Source: Colwellia polaris
Lineage (GTDB): Archaea > Nanohalarchaeota > Nanosalinia > Nanosalinales > Nanosalinaceae
DNA length: 64,000 bases
Reading direction: 5' to 3'
NCBI GenBank assembly: GCA_047617785.1
Contig: JBLGBK010000003.1
Coordinates: forward strand, 22,853 to 86,852
The notes beneath the pieces are model-generated. The model saw only the letters and a program-made list of their open reading frames with translations. It did not search any database and had not been told where the DNA came from. Positions 9,464 through 18,363 of the stretch are shown in pieces. Position 1 is the stretch's first letter. Every line of letters starts with the position of its first letter. A program made the translations under genes and the position numbers.

Positions 9464-10057
9464 ATGGATCTAACTGGAAAGAAAGCAGAACAGGCAGCAG
9501 AAGGCGTGCAAAATATTTCGCAGCGCCTGGAGCAGCTGGAATCTCATCTGAACGCTGTAGACGATGCGGTGCAAGACAACCAGAATAAGATCCAGAATAT
9601 TTCTGCTATAGAGGATAAAGTTGAGAATCTCAGGTCACAACTAGGAAGCTACTTCACAAATTATCATAACAGAATCAACACTTTAGAAGACGCCAAAGAT
9701 TCTATGCAGCAGGATGTTGACAGTAACTCCGATCGCCTATCCGGTCTCGAGCAGATGAATATTAAGCTTGAAGATAGACTGGATGAGATTGAAGATAAAG
9801 TTAAACGGAATGAAGAGAGTTTAGAAGATCTTAAAACTAAAGTCGATGGTTTGAAAGAAGACATAGATAATCTAGATGCTAGAAGCGAACAGGAAGGGGT
9901 ATCTGAATTCAAGGAGCAACTTGGCCAAAAACTTGACCGCACAAGGTTTACTAATCGTCAGAGAGCAGTTAATCACGAGATCAACAAATTAAGAACCTCT
10001 ATAAATGCATTAGCGGATAGTATAGATGAAAATGATAAAATAGAGGTTGATGAATAA
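9464..10057 (+). CDS. Hypothetical coiled-coil protein
   Basis: 197 aa with heptad-patterned Q/E/D/N/L over nearly the whole length. Confidence 0.75.
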   Translation: MDLTGKKAEQAAEGVQNISQRLEQLESHLNAVDDAVQDNQNKIQNISAIEDKVENLRSQLGSYFTNYHNRINTLEDAKDSMQQDVDSNSDRLSGLEQMNIKLEDRLDEIEDKVKRNEESLEDLKTKVDGLKEDIDNLDARSEQEGVSEFKEQLGQKLDRTRFTNRQRAVNHEINKLRTSINALADSIDENDKIEVDE

Positions 10058-10097
10058 CCTCTAACATGTTTCTAAGTATAGTAGGCTCTATATTAGC

Positions 10098-10430
10098 CTA
10101 GTCGTATTCTTTGTGGACATTACTGCACTCTGTACATCTATAAAATCGGGTTGGCGGTTCGTCTGATGCTCTTGTCTGTTCCATCCAGAATTCGCATTCC
10201 ATGTTCCCACATTTGGGACACTCTTTCTCGGTAGTAGGGTTCATGGTTTCGCTGTCTCCTTCTTCGTTAACATTCAGCCGATCCATTGGATCGTCTTCTT
10301 TTTCTTCGGTTACTTTGTAATCTTCTTCGTTTGCTTCCTGAATTTCTCCGCAGTTGCGGCATTTCATGACAGTTCCGTCATCGGTTTTCTCAGAGACAAG
10401 CATGCCTCCACATTCGTCACAGAAGTCCAT
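10098..10430 (-). CDS. tfs: Transcription factor S
   Basis: Two Zn ribbons; QTRASDEPPTRFYRC cleavage hairpin. Confidence 0.95.
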   Translation of the reverse strand: MDFCDECGGMLVSEKTDDGTVMKCRNCGEIQEANEEDYKVTEEKEDDPMDRLNVNEEGDSETMNPTTEKECPKCGNMECEFWMEQTRASDEPPTRFYRCTECSNVHKEYD

Positions 10431-10472
10431 GGTTAGGAAGAATTATCGAGAAATTTTTTTATACCTATTACC

Positions 10473-11186
10473 TTAAACGGTTTCTTGGCATACTGGGTAG
10501 GTGTCAAAGAGTATAGGTTTACCTCCATTCAAACCAAGGAAGTCCATTGCTAGGAGCTTTACACCACCTAATCTTGGGATGCGGAAAATGGAGGTGCCGT
10601 ATATCTGTTCTGGCTCAACGCGTTTCTCGAATGGTATCTGTTTCGGGTTATTGTCTCCTTTGGTCTCTAGGTAGGTCTCTTCTTTCTCTATAACGCGATG
10701 TACTACTGGTATGTCCATACCTGCTGCATAATTCAGCCGGATGTTAGTTCCTCTTGAAATTGTTTCTCCGATTTCCATGCGGACTGTTTCTCCTTCTATA
10801 TCGAGTAAGGCGTATCCACCTTCCTCTGTTGACTGAGCTCCGATTAAAGTTATTTCTCCTGCTGCTGTTTCCGCGGAGGTGTTACTGCTATCAAGGTTTA
10901 CTTTTTCTCCTCCTACTGATAGAACGGCTTGTTTATCCACATTGTAAACAACAATATCCTCCTCTTCTATTTGATCAAAATCTATGCCATTTACAAGCAA
11001 TATATCGCCAACATTCAACGCGGGGTACATGGAACAGGAGACTACTGAAACGACAGGTCTTTCAGTTCCCATGACTGTTCCTGCGGTTTGAAGGCTACCG
11101 AACGCAAGTAAAACTGCTATAGTTAGGAAGAAAAACGTATCCAGATATTCTGTGGCTTCTTCAGGTATTATTTCTGGATCCATCAA
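10473..11186 (-). CDS. Signal peptidase I (Sec11/S26B type) with internal insertion
   Basis: TM helix, VVSCSMYP (catalytic Ser), GD box, VVHRV, TKGDNN. Confidence 0.88.
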   Translation of the reverse strand: MMDPEIIPEEATEYLDTFFFLTIAVLLAFGSLQTAGTVMGTERPVVSVVSCSMYPALNVGDILLVNGIDFDQIEEEDIVVYNVDKQAVLSVGGEKVNLDSSNTSAETAAGEITLIGAQSTEEGGYALLDIEGETVRMEIGETISRGTNIRLNYAAGMDIPVVHRVIEKEETYLETKGDNNPKQIPFEKRVEPEQIYGTSIFRIPRLGGVKLLAMDFLGLNGGKPILFDTYPVCQETV

Positions 11187-11222
11187 TAAAGAGAAGATAG
11201 GTAAGAAGTTACTTTAAACTGT

Positions 11223-11465
11223 TCAAATCTGGCTCTGAAGCTCGTCAACCCAGTCCTTAGCTGTCTCTACTGCCTGATTGAGGTCGTCTTCAGGTGTGTC
11301 GGATACTACTACAAGGTTTGATTCGTCGCCCAGCGGGTGGCCTTTGTCGTATCCAGCTTCGCTCCCGTTCTGCCATAGAGCTTTACGTACAAGGTTTGCT
11401 ACAGTATGGTTTCTATCCATGTCGATGATAAGCCTGTCGTCCTTTTCTACAGTTGTAATGTCCAT
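11223..11465 (-). CDS. rpoL: DNA-directed RNA polymerase subunit L (Rpo11)
   Basis: HTVANLVR.AL...AGY..GHPL motif. Confidence 0.88.
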   Translation of the reverse strand: MDITTVEKDDRLIIDMDRNHTVANLVRKALWQNGSEAGYDKGHPLGDESNLVVVSDTPEDDLNQAVETAKDWVDELQSQI

Positions 11466-11477
11466 AGTATAAGTTTG

Positions 11478-12074
11478 TCAATCCTCCTGTTCTGCTATTA
11501 TAATATCCACTTCGATTTCTTGGCTTGCCTCGGTATGGAAGCCAAAAGTCGGTGGAAGCGACACCGTGTAGCCTTCAGTAGCTACAACTCTAAAACCTGA
11601 TTTCTCTACAAAATCTTTTATAACTGAACGCTTACCGTGTGGAGAAACTGCATAAACCTTAGAACCTGTTTCAACAGCTTTCTGCCAGAACTTCATCCCT
11701 AGCTCGCTGTGAACAGAAAACGGAGGGTTCATCACAACGGTGTCAGAATCTAACTCGATACTCTCAACATCCTTGTTTAATATACTGAATTCTACGCCAA
11801 ACGTTTCTCTATTCTTTTTCAAGGATTTAATAGCTTCTTCATCCTTTTCAATAGAAGTAACCTTTCCGTTAAGAAGAGAGGCTCCTATAGAAAGAATCCC
11901 TGTACCTGCGCCCAGGTCGACAACTTTCTTTCCTTCGATATCGCCTTGCATATATGCAGTATGCAATAAATCGGCAGCGAGGCTGGCAGGGGTAATATAC
12001 TGTTCCAGCTTGACTTTAGGATTCTCAAAGTCTTCTACTTTTGAAAGCTTACGGGCTAAGTGGCTTTTCCTCAC
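11478..12074 (-). CDS. METTL5-family RNA m6A methyltransferase
   Basis: LEQYITP, VVDLGAGTG, MNPPF; GTG start at 12074 preferred over 12083. Confidence 0.9.
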   Translation of the reverse strand: MRKSHLARKLSKVEDFENPKVKLEQYITPASLAADLLHTAYMQGDIEGKKVVDLGAGTGILSIGASLLNGKVTSIEKDEEAIKSLKKNRETFGVEFSILNKDVESIELDSDTVVMNPPFSVHSELGMKFWQKAVETGSKVYAVSPHGKRSVIKDFVEKSGFRVVATEGYTVSLPPTFGFHTEASQEIEVDIIIAEQED

Positions 12075-12132
12075 AGCGAACAAATTTCCGACAGTACTGA
12101 TTTAAGATTAAGCAAGCCATACCCGAAAAGTA

Positions 12133-13755
12133 ATGTCCGAGTACGAAGATCTATCCCGAGAAGAACTTATAGAATTGCTTCAAGAGCAGGAAAAACAAGA
12201 TCAGGTGGTTTTCTTTGAACCACAGAGAGAGATAATAGTATCTGAACCTGGAGAAGAAACACTTCATGAACTTTCAAGCATAGCACACATGGAAACATCT
12301 TCCGAGAGTCATTACAAGTTCCAGGTTCGGGAAATGGACGTATGGAACTCGGATAGATCTCTTGAAGAGATGAAAGAGGCATATACACGTATAGTAGGAA
12401 ATTATCCAAGCTTTCTGGAATGGATTGAAAGAACATACGAGCGCCAGGAAATCTTCTCAATTGAACACAAAGGACGTTACCATGCTCTTGAATCCACGGA
12501 TGCAGAAAGAATGGAGTGGGCGAGAGGAATAGACAAGGTAAGAAAGAACCTGGCAGTAGATCTATCAGATACTTCTTCAAGAATAAAGATGGGGTCAAAG
12601 GCCAGAGCAGAGATCAAGGAAGCACTTCTTAAGAAAGGGTATCCGGTAGAAGACAACTCCAAGTTCCGAGAAGTCGACGAGAAAATTGGGTGCGATCTTA
12701 CAATCGATCTCAGAGAATATCAGCAAGAATATGTTGATAAAGCATACGACGAACGCGCAGCCGTTCTAGCCAACCCTGCAGGATCCGGTAAAACAGTTAC
12801 GTCTATAGGATTGATGGCAAAGATCGATGCTCCAACACTTGTTCTTGTACCGCAGAGATCGCTTGTAAACCAGTGGAAACGAGAAATACTAGACAAAACA
12901 ACGCTCACAGAGGATCAAATTGGTGAATACCACGGCGGCCAAAAGAAAATGAAAGATGTAACTATAGCAACCTACCACATGGCTGCAGAAAAAACGTCAT
13001 TGTTCAGAAAGGACTGGGGTCTAATCATCTTCGACGAAGTACACCATATTCCATCCAAGATGTTCAGAAAGACCGCAAATCTCCAGTCGACGCGTAGAAT
13101 CGGTCTATCAGCCTCTCCTGTCCGAGAAGACAATAAGGAAAGAGAAATATTTGCTTTGATAGGAAAAGAAATCGGTGGAGAATGGGCTCGCTTCTTCCAG
13201 GAAGGACACGTTGTTAAACCGGATGTAGAGCTACGTTTCGTTGAGTTTGAATCCGACTACTACCGTAACAAGTACGAACAGGCTTCAGGAATCAAGAAAG
13301 CGATTGTAGCTTCGAAGAATCCGGCAAAGATCCCGCTTCTGGAGAAGCTTCTGGAGAAGCATGAAGGGGATAAGACAATTATCTTCTGTGACTGGATCGA
13401 TCAGGGAGAACAGATTTCCGAACAGTTCGATATTCCTTTCGTCTCAGGAGAAACAGAATTCGAAGATAGAGAGGACTACTTCCAAAAATTCCGGGAAAAC
13501 GAACTCACAACACTTATTGTATCAAGAATTGGAGATGAAGGGCTTGACCTTCCTGACGCAGAGATAGGAATTGTTATGAGCGGACAAGGAGGAAGCCGAA
13601 GACAAGCAACACAGCGAGCAGGACGAGTAATGCGACCATTCGGAGATGCACAAGTCTATATGATAGCGACGAAAGGAAGTAATGAGGAAGACTTCGTCAA
13701 GAGACAGGTAGAATTGCTGAAAGAAAAAGGAGTTCCTGTAACTATCAAAGAATAA
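12133..13755 (+). CDS. XPB/Rad25-like SF2 helicase
   Basis: LREYQ, PAGSGKT, DEVHH, GLSASPVRED, DEGLDLP, QRAGRVMR. Confidence 0.9.
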   Translation: MSEYEDLSREELIELLQEQEKQDQVVFFEPQREIIVSEPGEETLHELSSIAHMETSSESHYKFQVREMDVWNSDRSLEEMKEAYTRIVGNYPSFLEWIERTYERQEIFSIEHKGRYHALESTDAERMEWARGIDKVRKNLAVDLSDTSSRIKMGSKARAEIKEALLKKGYPVEDNSKFREVDEKIGCDLTIDLREYQQEYVDKAYDERAAVLANPAGSGKTVTSIGLMAKIDAPTLVLVPQRSLVNQWKREILDKTTLTEDQIGEYHGGQKKMKDVTIATYHMAAEKTSLFRKDWGLIIFDEVHHIPSKMFRKTANLQSTRRIGLSASPVREDNKEREIFALIGKEIGGEWARFFQEGHVVKPDVELRFVEFESDYYRNKYEQASGIKKAIVASKNPAKIPLLEKLLEKHEGDKTIIFCDWIDQGEQISEQFDIPFVSGETEFEDREDYFQKFRENELTTLIVSRIGDEGLDLPDAEIGIVMSGQGGSRRQATQRAGRVMRPFGDAQVYMIATKGSNEEDFVKRQVELLKEKGVPVTIKE

Positions 13756-14031
13756 GGTTAAACAGCTGTCTGATAAAAGATCCCTATACTTTCTGGGTGA
13801 AAATACCTGGTGCTGAATTAAAATCAGGGCCTATAACAGGATACTTGTTGTAAGAGAAGTAATCCCCGAGCTGAAGTGGCGTTCCCGAAGTCTGCTCGGT
13901 TATGGATATTGATGGACACTATTTCGTTGCAAAAGGTAATTCTGCATGTTACGTCCAATAAAGTGGTTCTTCAGAATTTTACGGATTCTGAATAAGTTGA
14001 TTTTTCAAACTACTTCAACCAATTTTAGAAC

Positions 14032-15015
14032 ATGACGCTAATTAAAGCAGAAAATCTGGACAAGACCTTCCGCATCTACAACCAGGGCGAAGGAATCCGC
14101 GGATACCTCAAATCCTTCATCAGTAGAGATTACGAAGAAATACATGCAGTAGAAGATCTCAACCTGCAGATAGATGAAGGTGAGATGATAGGATATATTG
14201 GTTCAAATGGGGCAGGAAAAAGCACAACAGTCAAGATGCTGACTGGTATACTAGAGCCATCTTCCGGTAATATAGAAGTAGATGGTCTAAATCCAAACAA
14301 AAACCGGAAGAAGAATGCGATGAATATCGGAGTTGTATTCGGCCAAAAAACACAGCTCTGGTGGGACCTACCCGTTAAAGAATCATTCAAACTTCTGAAA
14401 GAAATTTACGAAGTCGGCGATCAAGAATACGATAAGAGAATAGATGAGTTCGACGAAGTTCTCCAGCTTTCTGATTTCTGGGATCAACCTGTTAGAAAAC
14501 TGAGTCTTGGTCAGAAGATGCGTTGCGAGCTAGCAGCAGCATTCCTTCACCACCCGAAGATCGTCTACTTGGATGAACCGACTATTGGTCTCGACGTAGC
14601 GGTTAAGGAAAGGATAAGAGATTTTATCCGTAAAATGAACCAGGAAAAAGACATCACGGTAATGTTGACAACGCACGATATCGGTGATATAGAAGATTTG
14701 TGTGACAGAATTGTTGTTCTTGATAAAGGCAAGAAAATATACGACGGCCAGCTAGATGACTTAGTAAATCGTTTCTCCTCTAGAAGGCTTGTTCTAGAGA
14801 CGGATGATACTATAAAGATAGAAATCGACGGTATAAAGGATATTCAGACGCCTAACGGCAAAACAGAGATAGTTTTCGACCGTGAAATAATTTCCGCCGC
14901 TGATCTGATGAAAGAAGTGCTTGACAGATATGATGTCAGCGACTTCCAGATTAAAGAACCAGATATTGAAGCAGTAGTCAAGAAAATCTACAATGAAGGA
15001 CTGGCTGAGGAATAA
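14032..15015 (+). CDS. ABC exporter ATP-binding subunit (COG4586-like)
   Basis: GSNGAGKST, VFGQKTQLWWDLP, LSLGQKMR, LDEPTIGLD. Confidence 0.93.
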   Translation: MTLIKAENLDKTFRIYNQGEGIRGYLKSFISRDYEEIHAVEDLNLQIDEGEMIGYIGSNGAGKSTTVKMLTGILEPSSGNIEVDGLNPNKNRKKNAMNIGVVFGQKTQLWWDLPVKESFKLLKEIYEVGDQEYDKRIDEFDEVLQLSDFWDQPVRKLSLGQKMRCELAAAFLHHPKIVYLDEPTIGLDVAVKERIRDFIRKMNQEKDITVMLTTHDIGDIEDLCDRIVVLDKGKKIYDGQLDDLVNRFSSRRLVLETDDTIKIEIDGIKDIQTPNGKTEIVFDREIISAADLMKEVLDRYDVSDFQIKEPDIEAVVKKIYNEGLAEE

Positions 15016-15016
15016 A

Positions 15017-15808
15017 ATGTCCAAGATAAGGAAATACTTCGAATTTGTCCGCATAGGATTCAGAGAATCAACAGCATATCGATTTAATGCTGTTATGTCT
15101 TTAGTAGCATCAATTCTCTACTTGATAATGGTTTATGCCATCTGGACAGCGATAGATGCAGGAGGACAACTTGCAGCCAGTCTAACCGGGGTTCTTACAT
15201 ATATTCTACTCGGACAGGTTGTATCTAACTCTGTTTTTATTGACGTAGAAAGTTTCATGTCCGAAAGAGTCAGAGAAGGAACTATAGTGAACGAACTGAA
15301 GCGTCCTGTCTCGCTCAGGCTTCAGGTATACTCGTATCTCGTAGGAAAGTCAGCTTTCAACATCGTAACAAAGGGCCTGCCAGTCCTGATTATCGGCTTC
15401 CTTTTCATCAATATCCAGGCTCCATCCTTAATGAACGCCTTGGCATTTGTAGTCTCGCTCATATTGAGCTTTAACCTCGTATTCGCATTTTCATTCCTGA
15501 CCTCAATGTTGGTTTTCTGGACAGAAATTGGTTGGGGGATCAGAGCAATGCGTACAAACATACAGGACGTATTTTCAGGGGTTCTATTCCCGCTTTATCT
15601 GCTTCCTGTAGGGCTAGTATCGTTCTTCGATATACTACCTTTCAAGTGGATGGCAGACGGACCGATACAAATTTTCACCATGGAAGCAACAGGAGCGGAG
15701 GTAATCCGGATTTTTGGCCTCCAGTTATTCTGGATTTTTATAATGTCAGTTCTAGGAGAACTAGCCTGGCGAAAAGCTAAGACAAAGTTAACGGTTCAAG
15801 GGGGATAA
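15017..15808 (+). CDS. ABC-2 family permease (COG4587-like)
   Basis: Multi-TM; VREGTIVNELKRP, FSG.LFPL; start moved to ATG at 15017. Confidence 0.88.
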   Translation: MSKIRKYFEFVRIGFRESTAYRFNAVMSLVASILYLIMVYAIWTAIDAGGQLAASLTGVLTYILLGQVVSNSVFIDVESFMSERVREGTIVNELKRPVSLRLQVYSYLVGKSAFNIVTKGLPVLIIGFLFINIQAPSLMNALAFVVSLILSFNLVFAFSFLTSMLVFWTEIGWGIRAMRTNIQDVFSGVLFPLYLLPVGLVSFFDILPFKWMADGPIQIFTMEATGAEVIRIFGLQLFWIFIMSVLGELAWRKAKTKLTVQGG

Positions 15809-15811
15809 AAA

Positions 15812-16627
15812 ATGATTAAAGACAAATTAGCGGTTGTAAAGAAATACCTCAGTATCTACTGGTATTACTTCAAACAGTACTGGAAAACACGACTTGTCTA
15901 CAAGGGAGACTTTGCCGTAGGATTTATCGCACAGCTAATCAACCTCGGGGCATCTCTCGCTTTCCTGACTCTCCTCTTCACGCAAGTTGAATCACTCAAC
16001 GGTTGGAGCTTCAACGAGATGCTATTTCTCGCAGGGGTTGGAGGATTCATCATGAACTTCCACCATGTCTTCTTATTCAATATGTTCAGTCTGGAAGACT
16101 ACATCGTCGAAGGACGCATGGACAGATTCCTAGTAAGGCCGTTAAGCCCTTTATTCCAGGTATACGCTGATGACGTCTCAGACAATAACCTGTCCAAGCT
16201 GATAGCTAACTCTGCATTAATTATCTACTCGGCAAACCAGATGGGGCTAAATCTGCTAACGTTTTCAAACGTCGCATATGGGGTAGCCGCTCTTGTATCG
16301 GGAGTTCTGGTTTTTGCAGCAGCTTACATGGCATTTGCTACAACAGGTTTCTGGACGGGAAGATCAAGAAGCGCTATCTGGCTGATATTTCGGCTAAGCG
16401 AGTACCGGCGCTATCCATACAATATCTACAGCTTGCCGATCCAGATAATACTGGTTACAGCTATACCTATAGCCTTTGCTTCATTCTTCCCGGCAACATA
16501 CTTCCTTGGAAAAGAAGGGTGGCAGATTTGGCAGTACGCATCTATAGCAGCAGGACCGGTTCTATACAGCCTGGCGCTGGCTTTCTGGAAGTACGGTCTC
16601 AGCAACTACTCTAGTACAGGGAGCTGA
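15812..16627 (+). CDS. ABC-2 family permease (COG3694-like)
   Basis: Multi-TM; GWS..E, G.MDRFLVRP.SPL, YP..IY, YSSTGS C-terminus. Confidence 0.88.
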   Translation: MIKDKLAVVKKYLSIYWYYFKQYWKTRLVYKGDFAVGFIAQLINLGASLAFLTLLFTQVESLNGWSFNEMLFLAGVGGFIMNFHHVFLFNMFSLEDYIVEGRMDRFLVRPLSPLFQVYADDVSDNNLSKLIANSALIIYSANQMGLNLLTFSNVAYGVAALVSGVLVFAAAYMAFATTGFWTGRSRSAIWLIFRLSEYRRYPYNIYSLPIQIILVTAIPIAFASFFPATYFLGKEGWQIWQYASIAAGPVLYSLALAFWKYGLSNYSSTGS

Positions 16628-16671
16628 CTACCCTCACTTATTAAACAGTTCCTTTCTTTTGCTTTTGCTAC

Positions 16672-17286
16672 ATGACAACATTTCACGAGTTTGTTTACTC
16701 GGAATTGGGGGAGCCAGATTCTCTTGATATTGTAGGTCTTGGACCTGCTGAAAGAGAGTATGATAATCAGTGGCTTTATGAGATGAATCGCAATTTTTCT
16801 CGAATAGACAGTCTTGATCAAGCAAGCGATTACTGGCTTGGTTTTGAGCAGGATGACCGAGATTATGATATTGAAGGAGATGTTTTCGAACAGGACTTCT
16901 ACGATGCGATTCTGGATGGAGATGCAGCAATTCTTGTGGCTCCTAAGCCAACCATATACAGAGGTTCTGCTACAGAAGATAATTCGTATACGTCTAATTA
17001 TGTCGAGTTAGGTGAACTTGCCAAAACTGGTCTTGACGCTGTACTAATGAGAAAGATTGATGAGGGCTTTGAAGCACTAACTCATCTAGAGTACAAGGAT
17101 ATGGCGGATAACTTCCGTGAGGGATTCCAGAAAAAGGAGCGTTCAATGCAGGAAATGGAGCCAAGAGACATGGCGAATGTAGTTCAGAATCAACCTGATA
17201 TCCAAGCTACACACTTGAACTGGACTACTCAAGATGAAGAGGTAATTCTCGTTACTGAGAGTCAGAAACCACTTTCAACGCTTTGA
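16672..17286 (+). CDS. Hypothetical acidic protein, possibly a divergent Rossmann/SAM-methyltransferase fold
   Basis: 204 aa acidic ORF; motif order LDIVGLGP / IDSLD / EGDVFE / DAAILVAP. Confidence 0.65.
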   Translation: MTTFHEFVYSELGEPDSLDIVGLGPAEREYDNQWLYEMNRNFSRIDSLDQASDYWLGFEQDDRDYDIEGDVFEQDFYDAILDGDAAILVAPKPTIYRGSATEDNSYTSNYVELGELAKTGLDAVLMRKIDEGFEALTHLEYKDMADNFREGFQKKERSMQEMEPRDMANVVQNQPDIQATHLNWTTQDEEVILVTESQKPLSTL

Positions 17287-17404
17287 AAACCAGGTAGAAT
17301 ACTTCAAACCTCATCTTCTGAAATCGAAGCAGGCAGTTCCATTAAAGAAAAATCTTGAAAAGTAAATAAAAAGTAGTAGAGAGGTCTTGACAGACCTCAA
17401 GTTT

Positions 17405-17938
17405 TTACTCGAATTTCTCGCTGTAAAGTTCTTGACTTCTCTCAATGGCTTCTTTAGCGTCTTCTGCGTCGCCCCAGCCTTCAATCTCTACTTCTTTCTT
17501 AGGTTCGAGGTTCTTGTATGTCTTGAAGAACTCTGCGATCTCTTTCTTCTTGTGCTCATTGACGTCTTCAAGATCTTCAACGTTGTTCCAGCGCGGATCT
17601 TCTGTAGGTACTGCGATGATGTTGTCGTCCTGTTCTCCGTCGTCGTCCATGTAGAGGATTCCAACTGGTCTGACTTCGATTACGCATCCTGGGAAAGTTG
17701 AGTGTGTGGTCAGTACGAGGATGTCCATTGGGTCGCCGTCTTCGTAGTAGGCTTGTGGGATGAATCCGTAGTCACCGGGGTACTGGATTGATGAGTAGAG
17801 TACTCTGTCGAGGACAACTGACTCTTTTTCTTTGTCGTATTCGTATTTGTTTTCTGTTCCGTCAGGGTTTTCGATTATTGCGTTGATTACATCCGGCGCG
17901 TCCGGACCTGTTTCGTAGTCCTGCCACTTGTTTACCAT
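17405..17938 (-). CDS. ppa: Inorganic pyrophosphatase (family I)
   Basis: KYEYD, LDRVL, YPGDYGFIP, DGDPMD, FF.TYK.LE. Confidence 0.97.
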   Translation of the reverse strand: MVNKWQDYETGPDAPDVINAIIENPDGTENKYEYDKEKESVVLDRVLYSSIQYPGDYGFIPQAYYEDGDPMDILVLTTHSTFPGCVIEVRPVGILYMDDDGEQDDNIIAVPTEDPRWNNVEDLEDVNEHKKKEIAEFFKTYKNLEPKKEVEIEGWGDAEDAKEAIERSQELYSEKFE

Positions 17939-18028
17939 TTTGCTTCTAACCGTGGATTGGTTAGTTACACTTTTTTAACTGATTGTAGAAGGAGAATTAG
18001 AGAAAGATAAGAGAGGGGAATTTTGGTT

Positions 18029-18184
18029 TTATTCGTGGTTCTTGGTTGTAGCAGATAGTCTAATCATTGAGATATCTGTTACGTGGCCGCAGTTGCTGCA
18101 GACAACTTTAACCCAGTCGATATTAGGTTTATCTACTGCGTTCACATGTAGTTCGTTCCCACATTCTTCGCATTCAAGTGTCAT
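18029..18184 (-). CDS. Zinc-ribbon microprotein (51 aa)
   Basis: Own translation: MTLECEECGNELHVNAVDKPNIDWVKVVCSNCGHVTDISMIRLSATTKNHE; two CxxC; TTTAAA TATA-like element upstream. Confidence 0.75.
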   Translation of the reverse strand: MTLECEECGNELHVNAVDKPNIDWVKVVCSNCGHVTDISMIRLSATTKNHE

Positions 18185-18278
18185 GAATTTTGTTCTGCCT
18201 CGTCTCCCAGTTTAAAAACAGGTTCCCAACTATTTAAGCCTAACTTGAACTGAATAAAACACAGACGAAAAAGCACTT

Positions 18279-18353
18279 GGGTTCGTGGTCTAGCTTGGTT
18301 ATGACACCTCCTTGACGTGGAGGAGATCCCCAGTTCAAATCTGGGCGAACCCA
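18279..18353 (+). tRNA. tRNA-Val(GAC)
   Basis: GGGTTCG/CGAACCC acceptor; CCTCC-TTGACGT-GGAGG anticodon arm; CCCAG-TTCAAAT-CTGGG T arm; CCA not encoded. Confidence 0.96.
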
Positions 18354-18363
18354 CTACGCATTT

